Of a stretch of 64,000 nucleotides of DNA, positions 38,741 through 48,537 are shown one piece after another. The stretch comes from an uncultured Gammaproteobacteria bacterium (lineage in GTDB: Bacteria > Patescibacteriota > Microgenomatia > Levybacterales > GWA1-39-11): assembly GCA_964472415.1 (NCBI GenBank), contig CAYYLC010000002.1:96470-160469 (forward strand), given 5' to 3'. Numbering within the stretch: the stretch's first letter is position 1; the number at the start of each line of letters is the position of its first letter. Under the pieces are notes generated by a model that worked only from the letters and a program-made list of their open reading frames with translations, ran no database searches and had not been told where the DNA came from. The position numbers were made by a program, and so were the translations under genes.

Positions 38741-40999
38741 ATGTTTGGACTCGGCAAAAAAACACAACAACAAACACAACAGGTACCCCCGACTAATACC
38801 CCTGTGCAACAAAATCCGCAACAACAAGGACAGACTCCTACTACCCCAAACCCGCAACCCCCTCACCAGACACCTCCTCCGCCACAAGTACCCCAAAAAG
38901 GGCGAAAGCCTTCTCCGAACGCACATATGGAAGAACTCAAGAATGGATCTGTTTCCATTGTGGACATCATTGCCCCATCTTCAGTGGAAGTAGATTTCCG
39001 GCACATTCGCGTCGGAGACAAATTCTATCGTACCTTTTTTGTGGTTGACTATCCTCGCCAAGTTTCTCCGAACTGGCTGTCTATCCTTATCGATCACAAA
39101 GAGACAATGAACATTTCTATGTACCTATATCCGGTAGAAAGCAAAGATGTGCTATCAAATCTACGACGAAAGATCGCTGAAATGGAGGCAACACTCCAGT
39201 CAGATGCCCAAAACGGTGTCATCCCGGACCCAAAAATCCAAGCCTCTCTTGAAGACGCGATCTCGCTCCGTGAAGAACTTGCCCGAGGACTTGAGCGGTT
39301 TTTCCAGTTCGGGCTCTATGTCACAATTTCCGCAGAGAACATTGAAGCACTCAATATGAAGTCAAAAGAACTTATCTCACTACTTGCCTCAAACCTACTC
39401 GTCGTAAAGCCCGCAACACTCCAAATGGAAGAAGGCTTTAAAACCACCCTGCCTCAAGGAAATGATAAGCTTCTCATCACTCGCAACATGGACACAACCT
39501 CTGTTGCATCCACATTTCCATTCACCGGCTATGAAATCTCTCATCCCAATGGGATACTATACGGAATAAACACGCTTAATAACTCACTGGTTATCGTAGA
39601 CAGATTTTCTCTTGAGAATGCAAACGAAGTTGTGTTTGGAAAATCTGGATCTGGAAAGTCTTTCCTCATAAAGCTCGAACTCATGCGTCAATATATGTTT
39701 GATGCAGAAATCATCATCATCGATCCAGAGGACGAATACAAGACGCTCTGTCAATCACTCGGCGGGGAATATATTACATTCTCTAAAGATTCGGAGGTAA
39801 AAATAAACCCATTCGCGCTTCTTCTTGACGACACCTCTGAAAACCAACTGAGCTTAAAGATTCTTGCAGTCCATGGCCTATTAAAGTCCATGCTTGGCGA
39901 AATGACGGCAACCCAAGAAGCGATTCTCGACCGTGCAGTAGTTCTTGCCTACAAACAAAAAGGCATTACACCAAATCCGTCAACCTATAAAAATGAGCCG
40001 CCAATTTTAGAAGATTTATATAAAACCCTCCTCAACATGGAGGAGGCAGAGGCAAAGGAGCTTGCATTCCGTCTCGAAAAATATGTAAAGGGAGGCTTTT
40101 CAGGCCTTTTCAACCACCAAACAAACTATGATGTCCACAATAAAATGACCGTATTCTCTCTCAGGCAGCTTGAGGATGTGCTGAGGCCAATTGCCATGCA
40201 TGTTATTTTAGATTTTATATGGTCGCGTGTCAGGACGAAACTCAAAAAAAGAATTCTCGTCGTTGATGAGGCCTGGTATATGATGCGCTACCCAGACTCT
40301 GCCGCATTTCTTCAAGGAATCGCGAAGCGCGCACGAAAATACTATCTAGGCGTGACCACGCTCACACAAGACATCCAAGACTTTCTATCGAGTGATTATG
40401 GACGTGCAATTCTCTCCAACTCTTCAATTCAAATCCTTCTCAAACAAGGCTCTTCAGAAGTGGAAACGCTCGCCAAAACACTAAACCTATCAGGCGGAGA
40501 GAAACAATACCTACTAACCGCACAGGTCGGAGAAGGGCTACTCTTTGCGGGACAGAATCATGTAACCGCACAGTTTATTTCTTCTCAATTCGAGTATGAT
40601 CTTATCACCTCCAAACCTCAAGACATATTGAATCAGCAATCCGAAGATACTCCGCCTCCGCCACCACTAGAACCAGAACCACTTACCCCTTCACAGGGTG
40701 ATACCTTCGCTGTGCCTGGCCAATCAAGCACACCGCAACAACCTTTCCCGCAAACACCAAGCGCTCCTCCTCTACCATCCACCACTCCAGAAGTGGGGCT
40801 AAATGCAAATGTCATGCCAGACCAACTTCAACCACAAACAACTGGGATCAATACCACAAATCCACAGAGCACCCCGCCCATACCTCAAAGAGGCTTTACA
40901 GCGCCCACACAAAACGTGCTAGAAGGCTCGCAAGTTCCCGCCCAACCGCAACAATCGATAACAAACAACTCTGCCACAGATCAACCCACTCGTTCATAA
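38741..40999 (+). CDS. VirB4-like T4SS ATPase with P/Q/T-rich termini
   Basis: Walker A GKSGSGKS, IIDPEDEY, INPF, Walker B VVDEAW, KRARKY. Confidence 0.9.
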   Translation: MFGLGKKTQQQTQQVPPTNTPVQQNPQQQGQTPTTPNPQPPHQTPPPPQVPQKGRKPSPNAHMEELKNGSVSIVDIIAPSSVEVDFRHIRVGDKFYRTFFVVDYPRQVSPNWLSILIDHKETMNISMYLYPVESKDVLSNLRRKIAEMEATLQSDAQNGVIPDPKIQASLEDAISLREELARGLERFFQFGLYVTISAENIEALNMKSKELISLLASNLLVVKPATLQMEEGFKTTLPQGNDKLLITRNMDTTSVASTFPFTGYEISHPNGILYGINTLNNSLVIVDRFSLENANEVVFGKSGSGKSFLIKLELMRQYMFDAEIIIIDPEDEYKTLCQSLGGEYITFSKDSEVKINPFALLLDDTSENQLSLKILAVHGLLKSMLGEMTATQEAILDRAVVLAYKQKGITPNPSTYKNEPPILEDLYKTLLNMEEAEAKELAFRLEKYVKGGFSGLFNHQTNYDVHNKMTVFSLRQLEDVLRPIAMHVILDFIWSRVRTKLKKRILVVDEAWYMMRYPDSAAFLQGIAKRARKYYLGVTTLTQDIQDFLSSDYGRAILSNSSIQILLKQGSSEVETLAKTLNLSGGEKQYLLTAQVGEGLLFAGQNHVTAQFISSQFEYDLITSKPQDILNQQSEDTPPPPPLEPEPLTPSQGDTFAVPGQSSTPQQPFPQTPSAPPLPSTTPEVGLNANVMPDQLQPQTTGINTTNPQSTPPIPQRGFTAPTQNVLEGSQVPAQPQQSITNNSATDQPTRS

Positions 41000-41002
41000 C
41001 GC

Positions 41003-42343
41003 ATGACTAACATAACTTCTGACATGATGCCCCCGGGAGCAAATATGGGTGATGACCCGCCCGAAGAGAAAGACGCGCAAAAGAAAAAACGTGGCGACAA
41101 CATCGCAGAGCGGTATGTTAAGAAAAAGATTCGAAAAACTGCCACAAAAACCGCAAAGGGGATTGGGAGGCGAATTACTACCCGCATGGCCACTCAAGCA
41201 GCAGTAAGCGTAGTACGAGGAGCAGCAACAGCAGTCGTAAGCTCTCCGGTGGGATGGATTATCGCAGCAATTATTATTGTAATTATTATTCTCATGTTTT
41301 TCTTTTTTAACATGAGCGGATCAAACAATAACCCGGATGAGTCTGAGACAACTCCGGGCATTGGCCAAACCACACCACCTATCCCTGGATTTACGCTTCG
41401 TCTAGAGGGTCCAGAGGGTGTTGAAAATGGCACCCTCATTCGATACATCATAACCTACACCTATAACGAATCAGGCACTGTCCCGCTTGACAGTATTACG
41501 ATTTACAATGACATCCCCTCCACCGTCTCGTTTGTGAACGCAACGGGAAACTATTCCAGGTCGGGAAACACTATTTCATGGCCACTCGAAGGACTGTCCA
41601 ATTCAGGTTCTTTTGAGATAACGTTTCGGCCCTCAGGTGATGATGTCTTCGTAATTAACAAAGCATACGCCCGAACTACGGTATCCGTAATTGGTGGAGG
41701 AAATCTAGGCAACCTCCTCCCGGCAATATCTGGCGCATCAACAACCGCAGACGAGCAACAACAAGCGATTGCAAATATCATAAAATCAAACCCAGAACTA
41801 CTCAACGCATACCAAACAGGTGAGGCTGCAACAGGCGTTCCCTGGCAAATTCTTGCAGCACTTCACTATCGTGAAGGGAGCCTCGACCCCAATGTTTCGC
41901 TTGCAAGTGGAAGGAGGATCGGCGAAAACGAGCCAGACATTATTCGCGGGGGAGGATGTAGCGCGACATATACCCCAGGAGAACCAGTTGCGTCTGGCGG
42001 AGGATGCATCTTTAGATCATTTGCCGACAGTGTTATTTGGGCAGCAAATCACTTCAAGGGAAAGGTCGGAGGACAAATGCCCACCACCTACCAAGGGCTC
42101 TCAAAAGCGCTTGCTTGCTACAACGGCTGTCCAGGAAATGCGAATTGTCCCAATGGAACTCCTTATAACGCTTGCCCTGCACGATTTGTTGGAGATGACA
42201 ATCCTTACGTAATGAATTATTACGACCAAATGCACGCATCGATGTATATTATTTATTGCGCTGACTTAACTCGCTGCAACCCTCCAGCTCGAGACCAAAG
42301 ACCAGGAACACTCTCTGTTATACTGGGATTAACGCGATTTTAA
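41003..42343 (+). CDS. Membrane-anchored peptidoglycan hydrolase (Ig-like/DUF11 plus lysozyme-like domain)
   Basis: Basic N-terminus, TM, Ig-like segment, GVPWQILAALHYREGS (catalytic Glu), ALACYNG. Confidence 0.72.
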   Translation: MTNITSDMMPPGANMGDDPPEEKDAQKKKRGDNIAERYVKKKIRKTATKTAKGIGRRITTRMATQAAVSVVRGAATAVVSSPVGWIIAAIIIVIIILMFFFFNMSGSNNNPDESETTPGIGQTTPPIPGFTLRLEGPEGVENGTLIRYIITYTYNESGTVPLDSITIYNDIPSTVSFVNATGNYSRSGNTISWPLEGLSNSGSFEITFRPSGDDVFVINKAYARTTVSVIGGGNLGNLLPAISGASTTADEQQQAIANIIKSNPELLNAYQTGEAATGVPWQILAALHYREGSLDPNVSLASGRRIGENEPDIIRGGGCSATYTPGEPVASGGGCIFRSFADSVIWAANHFKGKVGGQMPTTYQGLSKALACYNGCPGNANCPNGTPYNACPARFVGDDNPYVMNYYDQMHASMYIIYCADLTRCNPPARDQRPGTLSVILGLTRF

Positions 42344-42352
42344 ACCATCATC

Positions 42353-42919
42353 ATGAATAAAAAATACATTCTTATCACCCTTCTCCTCGGCACTCTTTTG
42401 CTGCTTATCTTTTTAACCATTTTTTTCTTATCACGGGTCGTTCAACCTACCACCCCGCATGATATACACCCAACGCCAACACTAATCCAAACTATTTCTA
42501 TCACAGGAAAGCCGGACAGTACGCTTGAGGTCCCAACAAATTCTCCCGAGGAAGGCGGAGGAGTCGATTTGGAAGCTGACAGGACGCAACAATCAATTCA
42601 GGAAATCGAAAAAATTAGGCCATATCTTCCGTATTATGAAACGCTCTCACTCTCAACAGGAATAGATGTAGACGTATCTATCCCAAATAATCTCGTAGAC
42701 GCACGGCCATGGATACTTACTGTCTATATAAATGGCATTGATTTCCAGATTCCTGAAAATCTTCCTGCATACGATCTCTACAGAACATCATTTCGAGAAG
42801 CAGCCGGCAAAACCCTCACATTCTTACAAGAAAATGGTGTGAACACTTCCCTCGTCTTTATCAACTGGGGAAATGAATCGTATGTCCAAGAGCGCGCTGA
42901 ACAATGGCTAACAGAATAA
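42353..42919 (+). CDS. N-terminally anchored exported protein
   Basis: Single TM followed by a PTPT linker. Confidence 0.7.
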   Translation: MNKKYILITLLLGTLLLLIFLTIFFLSRVVQPTTPHDIHPTPTLIQTISITGKPDSTLEVPTNSPEEGGGVDLEADRTQQSIQEIEKIRPYLPYYETLSLSTGIDVDVSIPNNLVDARPWILTVYINGIDFQIPENLPAYDLYRTSFREAAGKTLTFLQENGVNTSLVFINWGNESYVQERAEQWLTE

Positions 42920-44133
42920 TAACTATCAACTCTTTATCCTTTTTTGTTTTTATGCTGTTTTTTTTGTGCACTCTCTTTTTTATACAAATTCCGAAAGCAC
43001 TATCTCAGACAAACTCTATTACCATTATCGGTGATTCTCTTACTGTTGGGGCGAGAAGTGCACTCCAGGAGGCATATCCTAACGCTACCATAGATGCAGA
43101 GGTCGGTCGCCAGTGGGCTACTGGCATATCAGTCCTGAGAAATCTTAATTCGCAGGGATCAGTTGGAAATACCATTATTTTTCCCCTTGGATCAAATGGG
43201 CCTGTTACCAAAGGGGATATTGACACCCTAGTAGGCCTAGCTAATGGAAAAGCCATAGTTCTTATCACACTCTTTACGACAGATCAAAGCCTTGCCTGGA
43301 TTCAGCCTAACAACACAATTATCAGAAATGCCGCACAGGAGTATTCAAATATAAAAATTGCAGACTGGGCGAGTATCGCCTCCAACAACCCATCTCTTAT
43401 TAGCTCTGATGGTATCCATCCAACCCTTGAAGGTTACACCCGACTTGCCCAGACCATCATAACCACTACTGGGCAAGGATCATCAAATTCAAAGGGCTCG
43501 AACAATACAGGATCACCTTCTCTTTCGTACCGAAGCGACAGCAATGAAATACGAACACGGGTCGGTAATCCGAAAATAGCAGCTCCAGGCGCAGACAGCC
43601 TCGTGGGAGTAGGTCTTACCATAAAACAAGCGTATGACACTTGCTCTGGAGGAGATTCACATCAACCTCCTGCCTCACTCTCTTGTCTTCAAAACCAATT
43701 AAGAGATTCTGGGTTTTCTGAAACGCAAATCAACGCTTTCTCACAGACATATCCGACAAGACTCGTAGGTTCCCCAATTGGACGAAGCGCGAGCTGTATT
43801 CAATGTCTCGGATTTGCTGGGCTCGTTCTTTCCACATACACAAACGATGGAGGCACTCTTCGGTACGCGAGCCCTAGTCAGATGACTGGACTGCAATCGT
43901 TTTCAGCCGGAGGAATTGTCTTTCAAAGACTTCCCTCAGGAACGAAGCCACAACCTGGAGATGTCGGCGTTCACGGTGGGGGAACCTTCGGACATATTGT
44001 ATTTGTGATCGAGAGTGTTGGAAACGTCCGATTTAAAGCATTAGAATCAAATGGAAATGCAGATTGCCGGATAACCGACAATCGGGATATACTGATAGAT
44101 AACTATGGATACACATTTTTCAGACAACAATAA
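42904..44133 (+). CDS. Exported SGNH-hydrolase plus CHAP-like amidase fusion
   Basis: IGDSL, VGRQ, LGSN, DGIHP (SGNH blocks); QCLGF, PQPGD, GHIVFV, ESN (CHAP). Confidence 0.8.
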   Translation: MANRIITINSLSFFVFMLFFLCTLFFIQIPKALSQTNSITIIGDSLTVGARSALQEAYPNATIDAEVGRQWATGISVLRNLNSQGSVGNTIIFPLGSNGPVTKGDIDTLVGLANGKAIVLITLFTTDQSLAWIQPNNTIIRNAAQEYSNIKIADWASIASNNPSLISSDGIHPTLEGYTRLAQTIITTTGQGSSNSKGSNNTGSPSLSYRSDSNEIRTRVGNPKIAAPGADSLVGVGLTIKQAYDTCSGGDSHQPPASLSCLQNQLRDSGFSETQINAFSQTYPTRLVGSPIGRSASCIQCLGFAGLVLSTYTNDGGTLRYASPSQMTGLQSFSAGGIVFQRLPSGTKPQPGDVGVHGGGTFGHIVFVIESVGNVRFKALESNGNADCRITDNRDILIDNYGYTFFRQQ

Positions 44134-44851
44134 TTACAACACAAACGAAAGTCCGAGTTTTATCCGAAGGAATCTTCCTTTTATTTTAGTTGGAGCGCTG
44201 TTGTTACTTATCGCCACTGTCTTTCTTGTCTTAACGTTTTTTGCAAAAAATACTACAGACCCTCACCCTCACACACCTGATAATATTAATACTACTCCTA
44301 CTGCAGTGCAGCCCATAAACTTCTCTATAACTAACACGTCACCAGCAGACAACGAATCAGATGTTTATCCGGGAGAAATATCCATAACATTTACCACAAA
44401 CACTCCCCTTCTCTCTCAAGAAGATTACTTATTTCGCATGACTCCATCCCCAGAAGAAACCCCTATTATTCAAAACGAATTCCCCTCGCAAGAGATATCC
44501 TATGGAATTGTGGGAAATCTTTCCCCCGACACAACATATACCGTAGGTATTTATAATACTTCAAGCCTTCTGGTCCACTCCTGGTCATTTACCACATCAA
44601 GTGAGACGCCAGAGTCATCCTCTCGCGCAGTAAAGCTTGAACAAGAGAACGCAATAAGAAATTTTTATCCACTATTCTATGACCTTCCCTACGAAACAGA
44701 TACATTTAAAATCGACTATACTGACAGGCTTACATTAGAGGTTATTATGTATTCTGGAAACCAAACAAACACAGCACCTGCAATAGAATCCTGGATACAA
44801 GACCGCGGCGTAGATCCTGCAACCCACACGATAAACTATATTCAAAACTAA
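44105..44851 (+). CDS. Membrane-anchored Ig-like domain protein
   Basis: TM, then TSPADN...ISITF...LSPDTTYTV...WSFTT. Confidence 0.7.
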   Translation: MDTHFSDNNNYNTNESPSFIRRNLPFILVGALLLLIATVFLVLTFFAKNTTDPHPHTPDNINTTPTAVQPINFSITNTSPADNESDVYPGEISITFTTNTPLLSQEDYLFRMTPSPEETPIIQNEFPSQEISYGIVGNLSPDTTYTVGIYNTSSLLVHSWSFTTSSETPESSSRAVKLEQENAIRNFYPLFYDLPYETDTFKIDYTDRLTLEVIMYSGNQTNTAPAIESWIQDRGVDPATHTINYIQN

Positions 44852-45942
44852 TCCGTTCGGATTGGCATGATTACATGCTGAAATGAAGACGTATTATCTG
44901 AAAAGAGTGCTGGCTGCATCGGACTTTTTAACCTCATCGTTACTCGATCACCTTCAAAATTCCGCAACACATCCATTAAATACCGAATATTAAATGCGAT
45001 AGCATTATCCTCTCCCTCTTTTTCACAATCTAATAAAAACTCTCCTTCTCCAACCCCAGAAGCTTTCGAAACCAGCTTCATCTCGGAGCCGGAAACAGTA
45101 ATATTCACAATATTTGATTGATCTTTTGCAAACACACTTGCAAGCTTCACTTCTTGAATAAATGCCTCCTTATCAACTACTACTGATGTTATCGTGTCTT
45201 GTGGAACAACTTTCTCATACGGTGGAAATCTCCCCTCGATAATCCTCCCCACTAAAATAACATCACCACCTTCAAATAACACTTGATTTTCCTCGTCATT
45301 CACATACATATCGATCGTGTCTGACTTAATATTCATTGCTTCAGTAATAACCTGAATCGAGATAATGATTGGTTCCGTTATTTTTGCCACAGCAGAATCG
45401 GCAATTGTCTTTATCGTAAGTCTATATCCATCAGTTGTAACCAGATCCACACCACTCTCTTTTTTCACTACGTATACGCCCGTTAAATGGGGCCTCACGT
45501 CGTCTGATGACGCAGAGAAGGATAGATGATCAAAGAGACTATCAAACTCCTCCTTTTTTAAAGAAATTATCTTCTCACCCTTTGACTTCATAAGCTCAGG
45601 GAACTCTAAAGCACTAAGCGTCTGGAACGACATCTTGCTTCCCCGAATCGAAAACCTGAGCGTTTGTTTGTCTTCAAAAATACGCAGCTTGTCTTTTGGG
45701 AGACTATTCACTACTTCTATAAATTGCTTTCCAGGAATGCTCACACTTCCCTCTTTATCTATCTTTGCTGGGATTTTAAAAATTACCCCCATTTCAAGAT
45801 CTGTTGCTTTTATAAAAAATCCATTGTTATTTGCAACAAATAAAACGTTATTTAGTATTGGCACCTGAGAATTAGTTGGGAGAATTCTAGAAAGAATTGG
45901 TAAATAGCGTTCTATATTTTCTGTTAAAAGTTCTACTTCCAT
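44848..45942 (-). CDS. dnaN: DNA polymerase III beta sliding clamp
   Basis: PILNNV, ATDLE, RPHLTGV, TDGYRL, GRFPPY, FNIRYL, VIMPIR. Confidence 0.97.
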   Translation of the reverse strand: MEVELLTENIERYLPILSRILPTNSQVPILNNVLFVANNNGFFIKATDLEMGVIFKIPAKIDKEGSVSIPGKQFIEVVNSLPKDKLRIFEDKQTLRFSIRGSKMSFQTLSALEFPELMKSKGEKIISLKKEEFDSLFDHLSFSASSDDVRPHLTGVYVVKKESGVDLVTTDGYRLTIKTIADSAVAKITEPIIISIQVITEAMNIKSDTIDMYVNDEENQVLFEGGDVILVGRIIEGRFPPYEKVVPQDTITSVVVDKEAFIQEVKLASVFAKDQSNIVNITVSGSEMKLVSKASGVGEGEFLLDCEKEGEDNAIAFNIRYLMDVLRNFEGDRVTMRLKSPMQPALFSDNTSSFQHVIMPIRTD

Positions 45943-46085
45943 ATATATTTATTAGTATTAGTAGTAGTATAGGTGGACAAGTGGATATACGCAAGAACGC
46001 GTGCGTGAAAACATGTTGAAAAGCTGTGTAAAAAATTGTGTAAAGAATGTTGATATGAAAAGTACGTCATTTTTATTGTGAAAAA
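45943..46085. other. Replication origin oriC (DnaA-trios plus DnaA-box array)
   Basis: TAT/TAG trio run at ~45950-45972 abuts tandem boxes GGTGGACAA/AGTGGATAT; further co-oriented degenerate boxes TGTTGAAAA, TGTGTAAAA, TGTGTAAAG, TGTTGATAT, TGTGAAAAA; between dnaA and dnaN; strand composition switches nearby. Confidence 0.82.
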
Positions 46086-47413
46086 CCTTCCTGAAGTTGC
46101 TTTTTTATAAACACGATTTCCTCATTGACTGCGTTTCCGTTTGAACTCAATGTTCTAATCTTATCCACACCATGCATGACGGTTGTGTGATCTCTTCCTC
46201 CTAAAATATTCCCAATATCTACATAGGTAAGCCCTAGCTCTTCTTTGAGCAAGAACATGCAAATCTGACGGGAATAAACAAGACTTGCAGTGCGCCGTGT
46301 TCCTTTTAGTTGTGTAGGACGAATATCAAAATAATCACAAATTATATCTATTACGTCATCGGGGTGGACGCGCTTGCGCTCGAGTTGTTTTTCACCGATT
46401 GCGCGGTTTACGATTTCTTCGGTTATCTCACTTGTGCCATTTGCTGCCAGAAGACCAGTAAGTTTTAGTATGATTCCTTCAAGCCCTCGTGTGTCTTTAA
46501 TCTTTTCAGCAATTTTCTTTGCAAGCTCAATAGGGATCTCAATCCCCCGCTTTTCACTTTTTAGAAGAATGATTGCAGTTCTGAGCTCGTCATCCGGTGG
46601 TTGGATGTCAATATTTAATCCTCCTTCAAGGCGGGACGTTATTCTCGGTTCTAGTTTTTTTATTTCATCTGGTGCACGATCTGAAGAAAAGACAACCTGC
46701 TTATTTTTTTCGATGAGTGTATTGAATGTGTGAAATAATTCTTCTTGGACCTTTTCTTTTCCAGAGAGAAACTGAATGTCGTCAAGAAGCAGGAGGTCTA
46801 CATTTCTGAACTTTTTTCGCATCTGGACCGTTTGTTTGTTCTGGATAGACTCGACGATTTCGTTGGTAAATTCTTCAGTGGTGAGATATAAGATTTTTGA
46901 ACGGGGATTTTTTTCGAACAGGTCGTTTGCGATAGCATTCATAAGATGCGTTTTTCCCACCCCCACAGTGCCATAGAGATAGAGCGGGTTGTATTTGGTT
47001 CCTGGTTCAAGTGCTACTGCAGACGCTGCAGTATAGGCAAGTTGATTACTTTCCGACACGGCAAGGTCGTCAAATGTAAAGTCTGCCTTGATTCGAGGGG
47101 GGCGATTGTGTGTGGTTGGTGTTTGTGGTGCTTGAACAAAAAGTGGTCCTACTTCTGGGGTGGCCCCTGCGGCTGTTCTTCTTATCACAAACACAAGACT
47201 CGTGTTTTTTTTAGTTTTTTTATCAAGCGACTGTTTAATAAGTGCGTGATAACGCTTTTCGAGGTAGTCAGATGTCATGGTGGTGGGAGACGCGATCGTT
47301 GCGACAGAATCTTCAAGCGATACCAATGATGCACCTTTAAAAAAGGTGATGTATTGTGGCCTACTAACTTGTACTTCAATCTCAGCAAGTACTGCTTTCC
47401 AAAGTTCGTCCAT
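46073..47413 (-). CDS. dnaA: Chromosomal replication initiator DnaA
   Basis: YNPLYLYGTVGVGKTHL, LLDDIQF, QEELFHTFN, GGRDHTTVMH. Confidence 0.98.
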   Translation of the reverse strand: MDELWKAVLAEIEVQVSRPQYITFFKGASLVSLEDSVATIASPTTMTSDYLEKRYHALIKQSLDKKTKKNTSLVFVIRRTAAGATPEVGPLFVQAPQTPTTHNRPPRIKADFTFDDLAVSESNQLAYTAASAVALEPGTKYNPLYLYGTVGVGKTHLMNAIANDLFEKNPRSKILYLTTEEFTNEIVESIQNKQTVQMRKKFRNVDLLLLDDIQFLSGKEKVQEELFHTFNTLIEKNKQVVFSSDRAPDEIKKLEPRITSRLEGGLNIDIQPPDDELRTAIILLKSEKRGIEIPIELAKKIAEKIKDTRGLEGIILKLTGLLAANGTSEITEEIVNRAIGEKQLERKRVHPDDVIDIICDYFDIRPTQLKGTRRTASLVYSRQICMFLLKEELGLTYVDIGNILGGRDHTTVMHGVDKIRTLSSNGNAVNEEIVFIKKQLQEGFSQ

Positions 47414-47451
47414 AAATATATGAGCAGGTGATACACAAAGAGTCGTACGAC

Positions 47452-47481
47452 AGTATATGAATGTGGATAACTTTTTGTCAA
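47452..47481 (-). promoter_or_regulatory. dnaA promoter with a perfect DnaA box in the -35/-10 spacer
   Basis: Minus strand TTGACA-18 nt-TATACT, with TTATCCACA (47462-47470) in the spacer. Confidence 0.8.
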
Positions 47482-47498
47482 GGGGTGAGACTGCCCTT

Positions 47499-48485
47499 TT
47501 AGTTTGTGCTACGTATGTTTTTATAAACTACAACAAGCAGTGATATAAATGGAATTGAAAGAAGTGCTCCCGCAATGCCAAAAAATTGCCCTCCGATTGT
47601 AATTCCAAGAATTACCACAATCGGACTCAGCCCAACAGCTCTTTGCATAATACGGGGGACAAGAATGTTGTTTTCAAGAATCTGAATTCCTGCGTAAATA
47701 AGGATGAGCATTACGGCAAGCGTTGGTGAAATGCTCAGTCCGATGATTACTGCAGGAATAGCTGCTAGAATGGGTCCAACAGTCGGTACTATTTCTAAAA
47801 CCCCCGCAAGCACTGCTAAAGGAAGTGCATATTGACCCAATTGCAGCGCGGTGAGAACAAGCCAGGTGATTGATCCGATGAAAAGAGACAGAATGATCTG
47901 TCCACGCGCCCATGCACCGAGCTTGTCTTCAGCCTGATTTACTATGGACTCCACTTTCTCTCTTCGACTTCTCGGAAAAAATCCTACAAATCCACCCCGT
48001 ATTGACTTGTAATCAACAGAGAGATAAATACTAATCACAAATGCGGCAATTACAGAAAATACGCCTCCAAACACTCCGCCCGCGAATGCAAAGACATTTT
48101 GCCCAATATCCTCAGTGCGAAATGCTCGGGCTACGCTTTGTTGGTCAACATCTAGTCCAAACGCCTCTCCTGCGCTGTTTATGTATGTTGGGAAGTTAAC
48201 GTAGAGATTGTTTACTTGTCCTGCAAAAAATGGGACGAGCGGAAAGATGAGGAGGATAAGAAACAGCAATACTGAAACATACGAGATGGCAATTGCGGCA
48301 ATGCGGGGGATTTTGCGAGACTGCATCCACAGGGTGATTGGTTTGAGCGCTGCCATAATAACATATGAAGCGAACAGGACAATCACAATTTCAATAACCT
48401 GAAAAAAGAGCCATACAATCGCAAGAAATAAAATCCCTGCGACAAACTGGTTCTTAACTAGGTATTTTACAAACTCACTGATCAC
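47499..48485 (-). CDS. AI-2E family transporter
   Basis: Multi-TM; EIVPTVGP, QILENNILVPRIM, GALLSIP. Confidence 0.9.
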   Translation of the reverse strand: MISEFVKYLVKNQFVAGILFLAIVWLFFQVIEIVIVLFASYVIMAALKPITLWMQSRKIPRIAAIAISYVSVLLFLILLIFPLVPFFAGQVNNLYVNFPTYINSAGEAFGLDVDQQSVARAFRTEDIGQNVFAFAGGVFGGVFSVIAAFVISIYLSVDYKSIRGGFVGFFPRSRREKVESIVNQAEDKLGAWARGQIILSLFIGSITWLVLTALQLGQYALPLAVLAGVLEIVPTVGPILAAIPAVIIGLSISPTLAVMLILIYAGIQILENNILVPRIMQRAVGLSPIVVILGITIGGQFFGIAGALLSIPFISLLVVVYKNIRSTN

Positions 48486-48537
48486 TTTGCTTATTATAAC
48501 GGCTGCCTCTTTAAATGTATATGTTACAATTCCGGGG

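Noticed and set aside
38760-38900. CAA/CC-rich stretch as a DNA tandem repeat
   Set aside because: Explained by the Gln/Pro-rich coding sequence of VirB4; no exact period.
24307-44851. Calling the T4SS locus an ICE or prophage
   Set aside because: No integrase, relaxase, att repeats or virion genes; composition resembles the flanks.
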